Assembly (NCBI RefSeq): GCF_009914755.1
Contig: NC_060940.1
Strand: one strand, 5' to 3'
DNA: 64,000 nucleotides
From: the human T2T-CHM13v2.0 reference genome, Homo sapiens
Shown: piece by piece, positions 1 through 15,249 of the stretch
Layout: every line of letters begins with the position of its first letter
Numbering within the stretch: the stretch's first letter is position 1
Made by a program: the position numbers and the translations under genes
The notes under the pieces: generated by a model
Told to the model about the DNA's origin: nothing
Databases searched by the model: none
Seen by the model: only the letters and a program-made list of their open reading frames with translations

Positions 1-129
1 GCCTGGCAAGACAGTCAGGAAGGTGGCAGCTGCCCTGATTCAACCTTCCTCCTAGTCTATCTACTGCCTCTTCCTCCTCCATTCCCCAGTGACTCCATGA
101 AACTTGTGTTCACAAACTTGAAAAATTCA

Positions 130-434
<305 letters not shown>

Positions 435-620
435 TTCACTGAGGAGATGTGGTAGATGGCTTAGAGGTCAATGTTATAGGTCAATGTCCCTTAGGTTGAA
501 CAGCACCTGTGTTGCTGGGTCTGCAATGTTGAGGACCCCGTGATGGTCTTCAATAAGGCTGGGGCGAAGGGGCTAAACCTCACTATCGTGTGCAAGCTCA
601 CCCCAGGCCTCAACAGAATT

Positions 621-750
621 TATACATATAAAATTTATATGCATTACATGTTTACATATGTATGTATACATGTACATGTATATAGTATACATATGGATAT
701 ATTTATATAAATATGCATATATACCTATACACATATACACATACATCTCT
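621..750. repeat. (TA)/(TACA)-rich low-complexity microsatellite
   Basis: Alternating TATA/TACA/TATG tract. Confidence 0.85.
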
Positions 751-2655
751 CATATTTAAAACAAAATAGAGCAATTAAAAGAGGAAAAAAACAAAGCCAA
801 CACACACGTACCCCTACCACCACCACTACGAACACCAACACGCCCCCACAGGCAAGATCTTGTCCCAAGTTTCTGAGAAACGTCACTTAATACTACGTAA
901 TCTCGAAATGATGGGGTCTGCCTACTGGCTTTGTCTGGAGACTGGACTCCAGCTGCTCTCCTAAACTGTCCTTGTCACCTTCTCATCAGGAGAAAAGGGG
1001 AACGTAAACATGAACCACACCAGAGATGGGCTATCCAGTGAGGCTGATATCATCTCAGGCGCCACCGACATCTCTCTCCAGCATTCTGTCATCTTATGAT
1101 CAACTATGTAACTCCAGACATCCAGGGGAACCTGAATCCTAGAACTAGATGTCCCCAAATAAGTGGTTTCTCTGTAAAAGTCAAATGTGGATCACAAAAC
1201 AAATGTGAGGGGAGTCCCAGGAAAGCCAGTTGCATAAGGGTGTCCTCAATTAAATTCTACACACGTCAATTTTTCCCCAGGGAGGGCGAGGCAGAGCTGA
1301 GAACAACATTGGACTGGACAGACTCAAGGCAGGGAAGAAATGGAATTTTCGCTCTTGAGATTCAAATTCCTGAGTCATAGTTGAAATCCCACTGCTATAA
1401 TTGTTTTAATACACTGTCTCCACACACACAAAAAGACGCCTTTAAAAAGTTGCACTGGCTTCCAGATTCCCTGGTTAAAACCCTCCCTTCTCCTGGACGC
1501 TCTCAGATACAAGCTGTGTTGAACTCACTAGCAGCTGTCACATTCTGGCACTTGCTTGGGCTGTGACCAGAGCAGTCTTCCGCCCAACCAGGGAAGGCAC
1601 AGGCTCTGCCGGCAGAGCAGGGGTTAATGGAAGCTGACCGCAGCACAGTTGTTAAGGTAATCAATACCACTGAGATACTAAAGCAGTGTAAGCCACAATA
1701 TTGATTGCCAAGCAGATGATAAAACTGTTTATTATGATAATTGCAGGGTCCCTGCAAGATGCTCCCAGCGCTTCCTAAAGCTGTTTACAAAACTAATAAA
1801 GATTTGCCATTTCAAGGTCTTCCATTTTTAACCACCCCCCACCCCGCCAACTCCCCACAATCTCCCACTCCCAAAAAGCAGGCCTCACCCCTGGGCGGTT
1901 AACATGTTCTTCCCAGGGACAGGCACTCCATGGCCCGTCCTGGGTGGAGCTTCACTCTCAGATTCTCTAAAGAACAGACTGTCCTTCTCCACCCTCACCC
2001 TGCCCCCAGCTTCAGGAAGGGGAGGACGGAAGCACAGCCGACAGCCACTCAGGGCCTTCAGATTTCCTCCTTAGGACCCGCCATGTGATAATTATGGGGT
2101 TTTATCGATGGAGGGGGGCTGCTCAGGGCTCCTTGGGCTGACATCCATTTGTTCTAACACATTTAAGAAACCACACCACCTTGGTTTGTAATTAAAACTT
2201 CTCTGGAGAACTTGGTGGCCATGAAGCTAACTGAACATGGTCAAATGCTGATTGTAGAATGCATTTCCGCCAACACTACTCAACTGTGACTTGGGCTGCT
2301 GAACTGGGCTTGGGTCCCAAGTTCTATCATGCCCAAGGCACCCATTTAGTTTTTATTAGCAGTGGAAATTAACTCCTTCTTGGTCACAGACACCACCGTT
2401 TTCCTCGAGACGCAAGTTATTGAATTATCGGCACCGTCTCCAATGCTGTCACCTCATGTTCAAGAGGAACTGCAATGCAGACATATTTTTCAATATAAGT
2501 AGGCATCTCGCAGGTAGTATAATCATGTTCTTCGGACCTCTTAGGGGAAAGCCACTGGGTCCTGCGATTAAGGATGGCAGCCCCAGGACTTCAGGGCTCT
2601 GCAAATATACCGAAGGTGTGTTTTCAGAGTGTGAAATGGAAAAAACATAGAACCC

Positions 2656-2965
2656 AGCCAGGTGCAGTGGCTCATACCTGTAATTCCAGAACTTTTGGAG
2701 GCCGAGTCAGACAGACCGCTTGAGCCCAGGAGTTTGAGATCAGCCTGGGTAACACGACGAAAACAAAACCCCACCTCTACGAAAAACACAAAAATTAGCA
2801 AGGTGTGGTGGCGAGCACCTGTAGCCCCAGTTACTCGGGAGACTGAGGTGGGAGAATCACCAGAGTCCAGGAGGCTGAGGCTGCAGTGAGTTGTGGGAGC
2901 TGTGATCCAGCCACTACACGCCAGCCTGGGCAACAAAGTGAGATCCTGTCTCAACACAAAACAAA
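2656..2965 (+). mobile_element. Alu (AluJ-like)
   Basis: Alu 5' consensus, CTTGAGCCCAGGAGTTTGAG, A-rich tail. Confidence 0.92.
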
Positions 2966-4686
2966 GAACTCAAGTTTTAAGGAGAACTCAGTAGTCATTC
3001 CATCAGCAGCTAGAAGGCAAGCACCCATCCCTCACTCAACTCTCATAGCAGCTAAGAATATTTTACCTGTAATAGACTTCTACAGCACTAGGCCTTCAAA
3101 ACAACATTTGCAATTGAAGGGACACCACTTTGAGAGCTGACAGGCCAAAGTAAGATGATGTGGAGGCTGCTTCCACCTCCCACCCTCCCCGATCAAAGCA
3201 TGGAGAAATCATTCACCAGTGCTCCTGGTCTCCGTTGCCACTGCCACCTCAGTTTAGGTAGAGGGACCTCTACCTGCCCTATTTTCTTCCCATTCAGCTG
3301 CAACCAGCAGCTCTGGGAGGTCATTGCCCCCACACTGTGCCTGTGTACACATGTATGCTTCAATGGTGTGGACCAGTACAGACATGCAGCTCCTTTATAG
3401 ACATCTGGTTCTGCCCCACCTACTCCCAAACACACAGAAATCAGAACACTGGAGCCAGTTTTATGTAGAGTATCATTCGTTTGCCAAAGACCTTGCCATG
3501 AACTCATGGATACCACAGCATGGCTGGAAGGGATGCACCAGGGATTCCTTTAACCTGGCTACCTGCTCTTAGAGGAACTATTTGGCAACCAGGAATGGCC
3601 GGAGGGAATCTGAGGCTTCCCTAGGACTGCCTTTCATGAATCACCTGCTCCTAGGCAAAGTGGCAAAGGACAGACAAACGCCACCTACTGAACTCCAAGC
3701 TGGACGCCCTATTCATTCACATATGCTCACGGGGCCCATGTTAACAAACACCTCCCTGGATTTGATACCAAAAGAAAGTTTAATATTATATGTGGCTAAT
3801 TCTGCTGTTACCTTTTAACCTCACTTGCACATATCTGTCCTCCCAACAATAACTTCAGCAAAAAACATACCCTAAGAACAATATGGTCCACACTTGGAAA
3901 CCCGCCCAACAGGGCCAGTCGAGCCTGCATAAGTGCTAAGAACCATTTAGGAGCACTGTAAACCATTAAGGCCATTAGCTCTAATTTGACCTCCACAAAA
4001 TACATCAACCCACTAGGAACAAATTTAGAAGCTTTCCAAAGTCAAGTTCTCAAAACCTGAAAGGCTCATAAGCACAGTCTAGGGCAGGGAACAGCCAGCC
4101 AGTCCCGGAGCTACTCTTCCCGCTCCCACCTTTCCTGCAGCTGACTGAAGGGTGCATGCTTAGCTAGTACACGGACCCAAGATCCTTCTCCAGCCACTGG
4201 ATCAGGAAGCTGTGGCCATCGAGGGGTCGATATGCAGGCTGGAACCCGCCAAACATTTCTGATTAAGGGATTCACTCCAGCCTTCCTCTGAGCTCACACC
4301 ATATACAATCTTCCCTCTGCACTGCTCTAAATCACTTCTTTTCAAATAACGCGGATTTCTGGATTCATTTCCAAGTGATCCTGATTGGACTTCAATCGCA
4401 CTAACTGGGTCCCTGCAACAGGTCAGGGTTCACCCAGTCTTTCAATCTATAAAGGCAGGTATCATGTACATTAAGAGCCATGATTCCCCCACATTAATAC
4501 ATGTGTCAACACAATAAATAATTTCTCCAACAAAACTTATAACCATCAGCATATGCTATAAATTTAAATTGCAAAATCATCATAATTTTTCATCTTTATT
4601 CTTCACTGATAATTACTGACTGCATTTTTTAATACTGATGGCATCATCTTGATGAGGAAGCAGGCAATGAAATAAACTACGGTACT

Positions 4687-4992
4687 GGCTAGGCACAGAG
4701 ATCACACTTACAATTCCAGCACTTTGGGAGGCCAAAGTGGGAGGATCACAGAAGCCCCTGAGTTTGAGACCAGCCTGGACAACATAGGGAGACCCCATCT
4801 CTACAAAAAATACAAATATTAGTAGGAAGTGGTGGTGCACACCTGTGGTCTCAGCTAAGAGAGGCCAAGGCAAGAGGATCACTTAGCCCAGAAGTTTGAG
4901 GCTGCAGTGAGCCAAGATCACATCACTGCACTCTGGCCTGGGCAAGACAGCAAGACGCTGTCTCAAATTAGAAAAAAAAAAAAATTAAAACA
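4687..4992 (+). mobile_element. Alu (old AluJ-like)
   Basis: Degenerate Alu dimer with A tail. Confidence 0.9.
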
Positions 4993-4993
4993 G

Positions 4994-5328
<335 letters not shown>

Positions 5329-6489
5329 CTAAGAACACGCATACTAGGTAAGTGGACAGTGCACATGGATAAGTCAACAATCCTTCAGTTGCTTCAATGA
5401 CAAAAACATACCACATACTTATTTCACTCATCTTTCCAGGGCAGAAGGAAGAAATAAGTGGGAAGAATATGGGCCAAATGAGTTAGCAGTAACAGGAGAA
5501 GCAAGATGCAGCACACAGAGTTCTACAGCCCAGGAAGAATTGCCAAAAGCTGAGTAATCCATTCCAGCTCCACCCTGCATGAATTTCCAGGTATCAAATT
5601 ATATGTTAATTATGCGGACGCAGAGTTATATGTGGGGAAGTGGTGTTAGTCAGCACCCAAGGGGTGGAAATTCAGTAAAAATTTAGTTTTGTCAAGTATG
5701 TTTCATGCACAGGCCTGGGGCTCCTCTGGCTCAGGAAAAGAGAAAGCAGGAGTCAGGAGGCCCAGACCTTTCCCTAACAGGGTCCCACAGCCAATTCGCT
5801 GGCCCTCTCTAGACCAACTTTCCCGAATTATAAAATACCACAAGGTTTGGGTTTTTTTCCCCCCACCGTTTCTGTTCAAATCAAAAAGCGCTAAGTCCTG
5901 GCTGATTTCTGACTCAGCCAGTCAAAAGAGGGACACGCCTCCCTAACTGCAGGAGGGTGGGGAAGGGCAGCTGCACTCAGTCCGATGGAGGGGAAACCAG
6001 TAAACCCGTCCCTTGGCACTGTCACTTGGCAATTTCTGAGGTTTAAGACGACACGGCGTTCTCCCAGGTCCTGGCCTGTAAATGCCAGGGAAACGCATTG
6101 TACTTGTGAAGAGAGAGAACACAGAGTTTCGAAACTGCTCTAAAGCCCATGTCTCAGGCTGCAAGAACGTTATCAGTCTCACACATCGTGCCCCTGCCTC
6201 CAAGGCCCCCATCACCACATACTGATCTTGCCCTGATTTGAAGCGGGCGGGAGAGAGCTATGGGGAAGTCCAGGCCTGTCCCAGCCACGGATGGGACAAA
6301 CAGACAGGAACTGAGTGCTGAAGACCTTGCTGTAGCTGCTGAGCGATCTTAAAAGGGATCCACCCTGGAGGAGCTGAGCACCCTCTTCTTTCCAGTTCTC
6401 CTCACTTTAAACGATTTTTGTCTAATAATGTACCCAACAGGCAGATATCAGAGAAGCACTAAACTAACACCTTGAAATGGGTCAATAAT

Positions 6490-6800
<311 letters not shown>

Positions 6801-6874
6801 GAGAAATGGGTTAATGACAAAGAAGTCCTATACACAGCATAGTATGTACTGTATAGCATTAGGATAATATAGTA

Positions 6875-7190
6875 TAGCAGTCCCTGCTTATCCGAGGCTT
6901 CATCTTCCATGACCTCAGTTACCCACATTACAGTACAGTAAGATATTCTGAGAGAGAGGAGAGACCATATTCCCATAACTGTCATTACAGGATATTGTTT
7001 TAATTGTTCTATTTTATTATTAGTTATCACTGTTAATCTCTTACTGTGCCTAATTTATAAATTAAATTTTATCATAGGCATGTAGGTAGAGAAAAAAACA
7101 TAGTCTACCTAGGGTTTGATACTATCCTCCCTCTCAGACATTCCACTAAGTGTCTTGGAATGTCTCCCCAAGGATAAAGAGGGACTGCTG
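6875..7190 (+). mobile_element. MER44A-like (Tigger7-derived TcMar MITE)
   Basis: Terminal inverted repeats TAGCAGTCCCTGCTTATCC ... GGATAAAGAGGGACTGCTG; internal TTAATCTCTTACTGTGCCTAATTTATAAATTAAA typical of MER44. Confidence 0.85.
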
Positions 7191-7199
7191 TCGTGGCTA

Positions 7200-7570
7200 G
7201 GAGTATATGCTCTGAGCTGGCATCCCAGCGCAGAGGCCATTTAACAGCAGCAAATTTGCTACAGACTTTGGGCCTCAAGTTCATCACTCATATGATGGGT
7301 GTAGGATCATCTTTACCCCATAGGGTTGTAAGGATTAATGAGACAGTGAAGTATTTAGCACAGTAGATGCTTAATAGGGGTTAGCTATTAATGCTTATAT
7401 TAATATTTATTAACATTTATACAGACAAAGAACATGTTCTCATGTCATTTGCATAGCAATCCAACAAAGGCCGTATTCTCACTTTTGAGGCTCAGAGAAG
7501 CAGAGAGACTTGTCCATGGTCACACACAAGTACTCAGACTTCCAGGCCAGTGTCTTTTCCATCATCTTTT
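7200..7570. mobile_element. Two degenerate MIR fragments in opposite orientations
   Basis: CATAGGGTTGTAAGGATTAATGAGA (MIR core, +) and GAGGCTCAGAGAAG...ACTTGTCCATGGTCACAC (MIR, -). Confidence 0.65.
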
Positions 7571-8648
7571 TTCAGGGTGTTTCACCCACGCAACACTGGC
7601 CAGGGGCTAGATGGTTCCAGGTGGGAGTGGGTGAACTTTGTACATTCTGGTCATTAGCCAGTCAATGTTTATCTGAGCCAATCCAACCAGCACGAGCCTG
7701 TGATTCCTCAGACACAATTGCTCGGGATGATGCTAAGGTGGGTATTTGTGGTTATAACGGAGGATCCCGTGAAAAGAAAAATGTAAAGCAAATAATACAG
7801 TATAGGCAGTACAAAGAAACAACAGAAATGATGCCCTGAGTTGGGGGCAGAGGGGTCTCTTCCACTCTCAGAGGCTGTCGCCGAACTGATCTTTCTCACA
7901 TAGTCAACCATTAAAAGTCCCCAACCCACAGGTCCTAGTTTCTTCTAAGTATCCATCTCCCTCCTTGCTAGAGCAGAGCCTCCAAAATGAAAGCGTTTCT
8001 CCGCCTTCCTCCAGGCCTCCTGAGAAAGGTTATGAGATGGGTTATCAGCCTCTCTGACCTCTGCAGCCATCAACAGCACTTCTGCCTCTCCCATCCCCCA
8101 CAGCGAGGATCCTACAGCCCAGAGCCAGCTTCCCTGCCTTCCCCCATTAATGCCTTTCCCCTCCAACAGCTATCACAAGAGGGCTGTTTAGTGAGAGGAC
8201 CTCCGGCTGACCTTTGCTGACAGGCTCCAAGCTCTCCCTGTAAACGGATCTAATGTGAGGCTGGGTAATTAGCAACCAAGTAGTAATTGCAGCTTCTAAC
8301 TATGCTCGGCCAAGATTGCAAAAATTCCCTAGGGGGGTGCCTCCTAGGGATCCCAACCCACACAAAGGCATTTACTCACAGCCAAAAGAGGGGACTCAGC
8401 CACATTTCTCATGGAGGCCAGCACTTCTCTAGGTCTTAATTAAAGTGGCACCCATGTAAAGAGACAGACAGCAAAAGGAAATTAGCAAATAAAGGAGACT
8501 GACCAAGAAAGAAATGTATGGCTTGCTTGGAACAGCCCATTCAGAAAGGTACAACCTCTCAAGGTGGATGGCCGTGCACACGAAACTCATTCCAGCCGCG
8601 GAAGGAAGGCACCAAAGAGCCTTCGAGGGGCATCAAAAACTGCAGAAA

Positions 8649-9021
<373 letters not shown>

Positions 9022-9714
9022 CTATCACCCACTCAACCAAAATCACTCCTCACCCAAGCACCCTGTATGGCCCACTGTTCGCATCACAAGATTCTAGATG
9101 CCAGGCCATGTGGTCTATGCTAAGAGATCCGTAGTATCATCTGCTATGATTTGGTGATTCCACCAGACCTGTCCACAGGCCCCCCTACCGTTAGCTGCCT
9201 ACATGTATTAACATGTTTCAGAATAACGTGCAAAATCCCCATTGAGAAATAAAGATGTGAGCACTTCCAAATAGAGCAGCTGCCCTCCTCATGACTCTAA
9301 AAATACCTAAAACTGCACAAAAAAGAACATTGTCAGACGAAAAGAATCATCCCTCCTCACTCTAACAGGACAACAAGCGATGCCCAACAGCACAGCAGCG
9401 CCTGTTTCATCCTTCCTAAGAAAACCCTTTATTTTTCAAGCCCACCACTCCCCACTCCAATTTCCTTTATCTGTTTTGTACTTAAAAAGTCACTTCACTG
9501 AACTGCTGTTTGCTCACGATAACTCCTGAACCTCTGTCCTCAGGAGAGGCGGCAAGTTCAGGGGGCATGGTAGCTTTCCCACGTGGACCAGACTTTCTGC
9601 CAACCTGAATTACACCCTAGACGTCTTCAAACTTCATTTCCTCTGCCACTGTGCTGCCCGATCCCCCAATGCATTCGGGGCTGTAGAGACTCTCTGGGTT
9701 GAATCCAGTTATAA

Positions 9715-10050
9715 AAACCAGGGTAGCAGCAGCCGAGTGCACTAATTCACCCTCCATTTCCTTCTCCAAACAATTAATATACTTAATAACTCCAGCCCCG
9801 ACGACAGATTTCTCAGACACCCCTCTATTAACCTCTCCCCGCTACAAGCAGTGGGTCTCCACCAGAATTCTTCTGTTCCCTATCACTTAATCATTTTTTA
9901 ATCCACAACAAGGACTTTGTGCCACACTGTGGTTTTGTTCTCTCTTAATCTTTTATAAGGGACCTTATCAAAAGCTTTTAGAAAATACAAGTGAATTTTG
10001 CCTACCAGGTCATCTTTATTATTTTAGAATTCTTTATGAAGAAATTATAG
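9715..10050 (-). mobile_element. Ancient CR1/L3 LINE reverse-transcriptase remnant
   Basis: Minus-strand translation fragments IHLYFLKAFDKVPYKRL, WIKK*LSDREQ and GVSEKSVVG...YINCLEKEMEGELVHSAAATL are collinear with CR1 RT motifs (YLDFxKAFDKVPH, WIxNWLxDRxQ, GVPQGSVLGP, FINDL, FADDTKL). Confidence 0.75.
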
Positions 10051-11479
10051 ACTTTAACATTGTAAATGAATATTTAAGACTCAGCATTCACTTAGACATG
10101 CAAGTCTGGCTCAGGTTATATTTAAGTCGCTGTATTACTTCCACCTTCAGAAGGATTCTTGTCTGCCTCCTGGGATGGAATGACTTCCCCTCCCCAAGCC
10201 CCCAGGTGCCATTTCTGGGATTCCCCCAAGACTTTCTGGACCAGCTGAAATTGAGTCCATATTGAGTACCAATGGGACTTAGAGTGCATTAACAGAACCT
10301 CAAACCAAGGAACAAAAGTCATCGAGCCAAGGGGGCCTGGCTATGGCAGCCTATCCGACTCCTACCTCCTCTACCTTTCCCCAGGTGGATGGCAGGGAGC
10401 AGCAGGCTCCCCTGCCTCACAGCTGGCCCGCACATCTGCAGGGAGCCAATGACAGCTTCTTGATGTTGACATCACTTAGGCTGCCTCCTAACACTTGTTT
10501 GTTGTAGCTATTATTTCTAATTAGCACTTCTCAACAGAACCAGTGCTCAGCACCAAGGTTCCTCCTGACGGAACAATTAAAGAGGCACAAGGGGCGGGGG
10601 TGTTTCCTAAAATTATTCTCTTGGCAGGTTTCAAGGTAAATCATCTAGTCAAATGCACATCTCTTCAAGAGCTGCCTGTGGACAGGGTTGAAAAGCTGTA
10701 GCAATATTCCGGAACCCCTGTTTGAAAGCATTCCCATCAAGTTAAATGAAGGGTTAAGGTAATCCAATTACACCAATGTGTTTTCCTGATCACCAGGGGA
10801 ATCCTCAGCCTTCCCCGTAATCTGCTCCTAACGCCCCATTTAGTCCAATGCTGCACTCCAATCACCAAAAATGTAGACAGGGTTCCCACTCCTACAGCCA
10901 GATGAGAGGTGCCTGCCCCTTCTCCAAAATGGGATGGTGAAATTAACACATTTCAGAAAATATTCTACAGAGTCCAGAGTCCAGGGCACGCTTTATCCTT
11001 GAGGAAAATAATAAATGTCGAGTCCTAATGGCATGTCAATTAAAGGGGTCACCACAAACAAGCTGTTCAAACTTTCCCCTCCACTCTTCACCCGTGCCTC
11101 TCCAATCTGGGTGCCCTGGAGGACGGAACGGGAACTGCAGATCCAGGCACTCCATTATGGCAACCCAGCAAGCAGTTCAGCACGGACTTAATGAGCTCTT
11201 GGAAGGAAACAGGAAGTCTATAAAGTAATTTAAATAACTTCCAGTCCTGAAATAAAGGAAATTAAACCGCTGGCACAAACCTCTCTGATGGACACCTTCT
11301 TTGTCCCTCCGATCACAACTACAACTACAGCGGTCATATTGCTCTCCCCAAGACCAGGCCCCAAATTCCCCTAATATGAAACACAAAGGCTGTCAGTCCT
11401 CAGAGCTCTCCAAGCTCCTGCAGAGGCTTAAGCCATGGATGTGGCATGGTGTGCAGCAAGAACACGGGAATCCGCCCAC

Positions 11480-11610
11480 AAACCCCGCGCTGGGTCCTGC
11501 CACTCCCTAGCTGCAAGACCTTGGGCCAATCATGCAACTTCACAGGGCCTCAGCGTTTCACCATCAACAAAGGAAAGCTCTGGGCCTGGCCAAATGACTT
11601 CTAAGATTAT
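11480..11610 (+). mobile_element. MIR fragment
   Basis: CTGCCACT...AGCTGCAAGACCTTGGGC...GGGCCTCAGCGTTTCACCATC MIR core. Confidence 0.65.
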
Positions 11611-11778
11611 TAAGAGGGTCAAATGAGCACATATGAGAACAGCGCCAATTGAAAACACAAATAAACGTCGGTATTTTCCAGCTGCCCAGGGCCTTAGGCT
11701 CCAGAATTTCTCGATGTTCTGCTCAGGAGGCACTGTCCTATCTTGGTAATTATGAAGGCATATTCATACGTTCTTTTA

Positions 11779-12095
<317 letters not shown>

Positions 12096-13591
12096 ATTAA
12101 TTCGTTCTTTTGCTTCTCCTAAGCCCCTCAGTGTAGATACTTATTTGCATGGACAATGATCAGTCCAACTAAGCATGATTTTCTTATCAGCAGAGACTGT
12201 GTCTTCTCATCTTCTGTAAACCAGTGTGCCCAGAGCCAGAGCACCAAGCAGCCAAGAAGCTGGTCCTCAATAAAGGGCTAGAATCTATAACCCATGCAGT
12301 TATCCAGACATCCTTAAGCACCAAAATGCTAACAACTATCCATCAACTCTCTACAAAAAGAGACAAACCTAATAACAAGATAAATTCCATAACTGGTTGT
12401 GAGCCTACAAGGCGGGGAGGGGCTGGGGGCGTGGGAACCCCGCCTGTGCAACTCCTTGCATTACCAGGCCCTGCCCTGAGTGCAATCCAACCACGGAGTT
12501 CTGGCAGTTTCACCTGGTAAACCTAAGCTGCTGGATGCTAAGGACTGTTTCTGGCCACAGAGTTAAGTTTACTTTGTTGATAATAATCAGCCAGATATGG
12601 ACTGGTCTGACCAGTACTCCGGATCCAGGATCACAAAGAAAAGACAAACTTAAAAGAAGCTTAAGGTCAGCCTCGTTTTGCTAGCCCTCTAGGTATTACT
12701 ACTGACAACTGGTATGGTCAACCCTTGACCCCTAAACTGGTAAAAGCCAAGAGTAAGGCTGGACATTCAGTGTGGCCAAGAAAGCTACCCAGCTTCTGGG
12801 CAGAAGCGCAAGATCCTGGTGCTCCGGAAAGAGAACCGTTGGGCCCGGCTCAAAAACAGACCCTCCCAAACCAACCCTGAGAAAGGAAATCACAAACAGA
12901 AATCTAACTTTTCTATAAGGGCACACTGCACAAGTGTTCCTGCAGCTTCACAAACAGGTTCTGTGGGAATCTGCTCTATCGCTCCCATCTGTCACTGGCG
13001 GGGTAAGATCTGTCTTGCATATCATGGCGGTCTCCATCCCACTGGAGAATTCAATGGTGCTGTCTTGCCTATGGGCTGTGAAACTTGAACAACCGGATTC
13101 TGAGGGTCCAGACGTCTCTGTTTGAGCAACAGCTGCCTTCCTTTAAAGGTCCCACAGTTGAGCAATAGAGTTCTTTACTCAAGAGGGCTGTTCCAAGTCT
13201 TGAGTAACCACCCTTGCCCTCAAGGGTTCCCCAGGGTGAAGCCCCATTGCCTCTGCCTCACCAAGGAGGCAGCGACTCAGTCTTCTCGCTGCACATCTGT
13301 CTCCTCACTTTCCAGTCAGATCACAGCCAGTGGGACACAATCTGACAAAGTTCTGTCTAAGGTGGGGTAATCTGAAAAGCAAATACAGATCATCTCCCCC
13401 CAGACTTATTCACAGCACTCCCCACTGGAGCCAGGTTTGACTTTCCACAAAGTTCACTGGCCAGAATCATAACCCACACATCTATGGCTCTTCCTTCTTT
13501 AACCATCTTTCATGTAAATCCTTCATCTAAAAGGGGAACCACCTATCTATGAACTTTAAATTTCCCAGTATCCATGTTAAAAAAGGGGAGG

Positions 13592-13905
<314 letters not shown>

Positions 13906-13912
13906 AATTCAA

Positions 13913-14239
<327 letters not shown>

Positions 14240-14944
14240 TCATTGTAATATGTCTTATTTAACCGAATCTGTCTACACATTATTTCAAACGTAATCGATC
14301 TAGGTTTTATTAAGACAGTTTCCCCTTGTTTTCCTACTAAGCCTGGGAAAACTGGTATGCGTTCCACACTCACAGTATGGCTCAGGGCGAACCAGCCACA
14401 TTTCGGGTGCTTAGGGGCCACATACTGCAGTAATGTAAAACCCTGGCTTCCTCTAATCATGAGAACCTAAAACATAACTCTGATCTGGCCCCACTGTAAT
14501 AATTCATGCTTGTAGTTCTCACTCACAGACTTTACAGAACTTACCGCTGCTCAAGACTCTTTCCCACGGCATTAACAATTATATTTGGGTGACATGTCAA
14601 GAAGTTAAGCTGCCCGGGCCTGGAGTTAACAGATTTTCACAGAATTGTGTACAACTTATCTGGTCCATCAGATCGTCTCTCTGGGGCTTGTCCACCATTA
14701 AACTAGACCCCTGGGGTTTCTTAATTTAAAATCCTCATAACCCTTTAACTTGAAAACTCACTGTCTTTGCAATGACATGTGGTTAACTCTGTAGTAGCCA
14801 CATAAACATCTCCTCATTCTTAAACAGGAGACTTCCATTTTGACCTAATCTGAGATTATTCTGAATTATTTCTGCCCTAGTCACATGTACGCTACAGACA
14901 TGAGATTACACAGAATAATCAACTGAGGTGGTGCCTACACAATC

Positions 14945-15249
14945 TTTTGTTTTTTTGTTTTGAGACAAAGTCCCGCTCTGTCGCCTAGGCTGGAGTGCAG
15001 TGGCACCATCTTCCCTCACTGCAACCTCCGCCTCTCAGGTTCCCAGGTTCAAGCAATTCTCCTGCCTCAGCCTCCTGAGTAGCTGGGATTATAGGCACAT
15101 GCCGCCACACCCGGCTAATTTTTGTATTTTTAGTAGATACAGGGTTTCGCATGTTGGCCAGGCTGGTCTCGAACTCCTGACCTCAAGTGATCCTCCCACC
15201 TCAGCCTCCCAAAGTGCTGGGATTACAGGCATGAGCCAACATGCCTGGA
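14945..15249 (-). mobile_element. Alu (AluS-like)
   Basis: T-rich tail then GAGACAAAGTCCCGCTCTGTCGCC...CAAAGTGCTGGGATTACAGGC. Confidence 0.93.
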
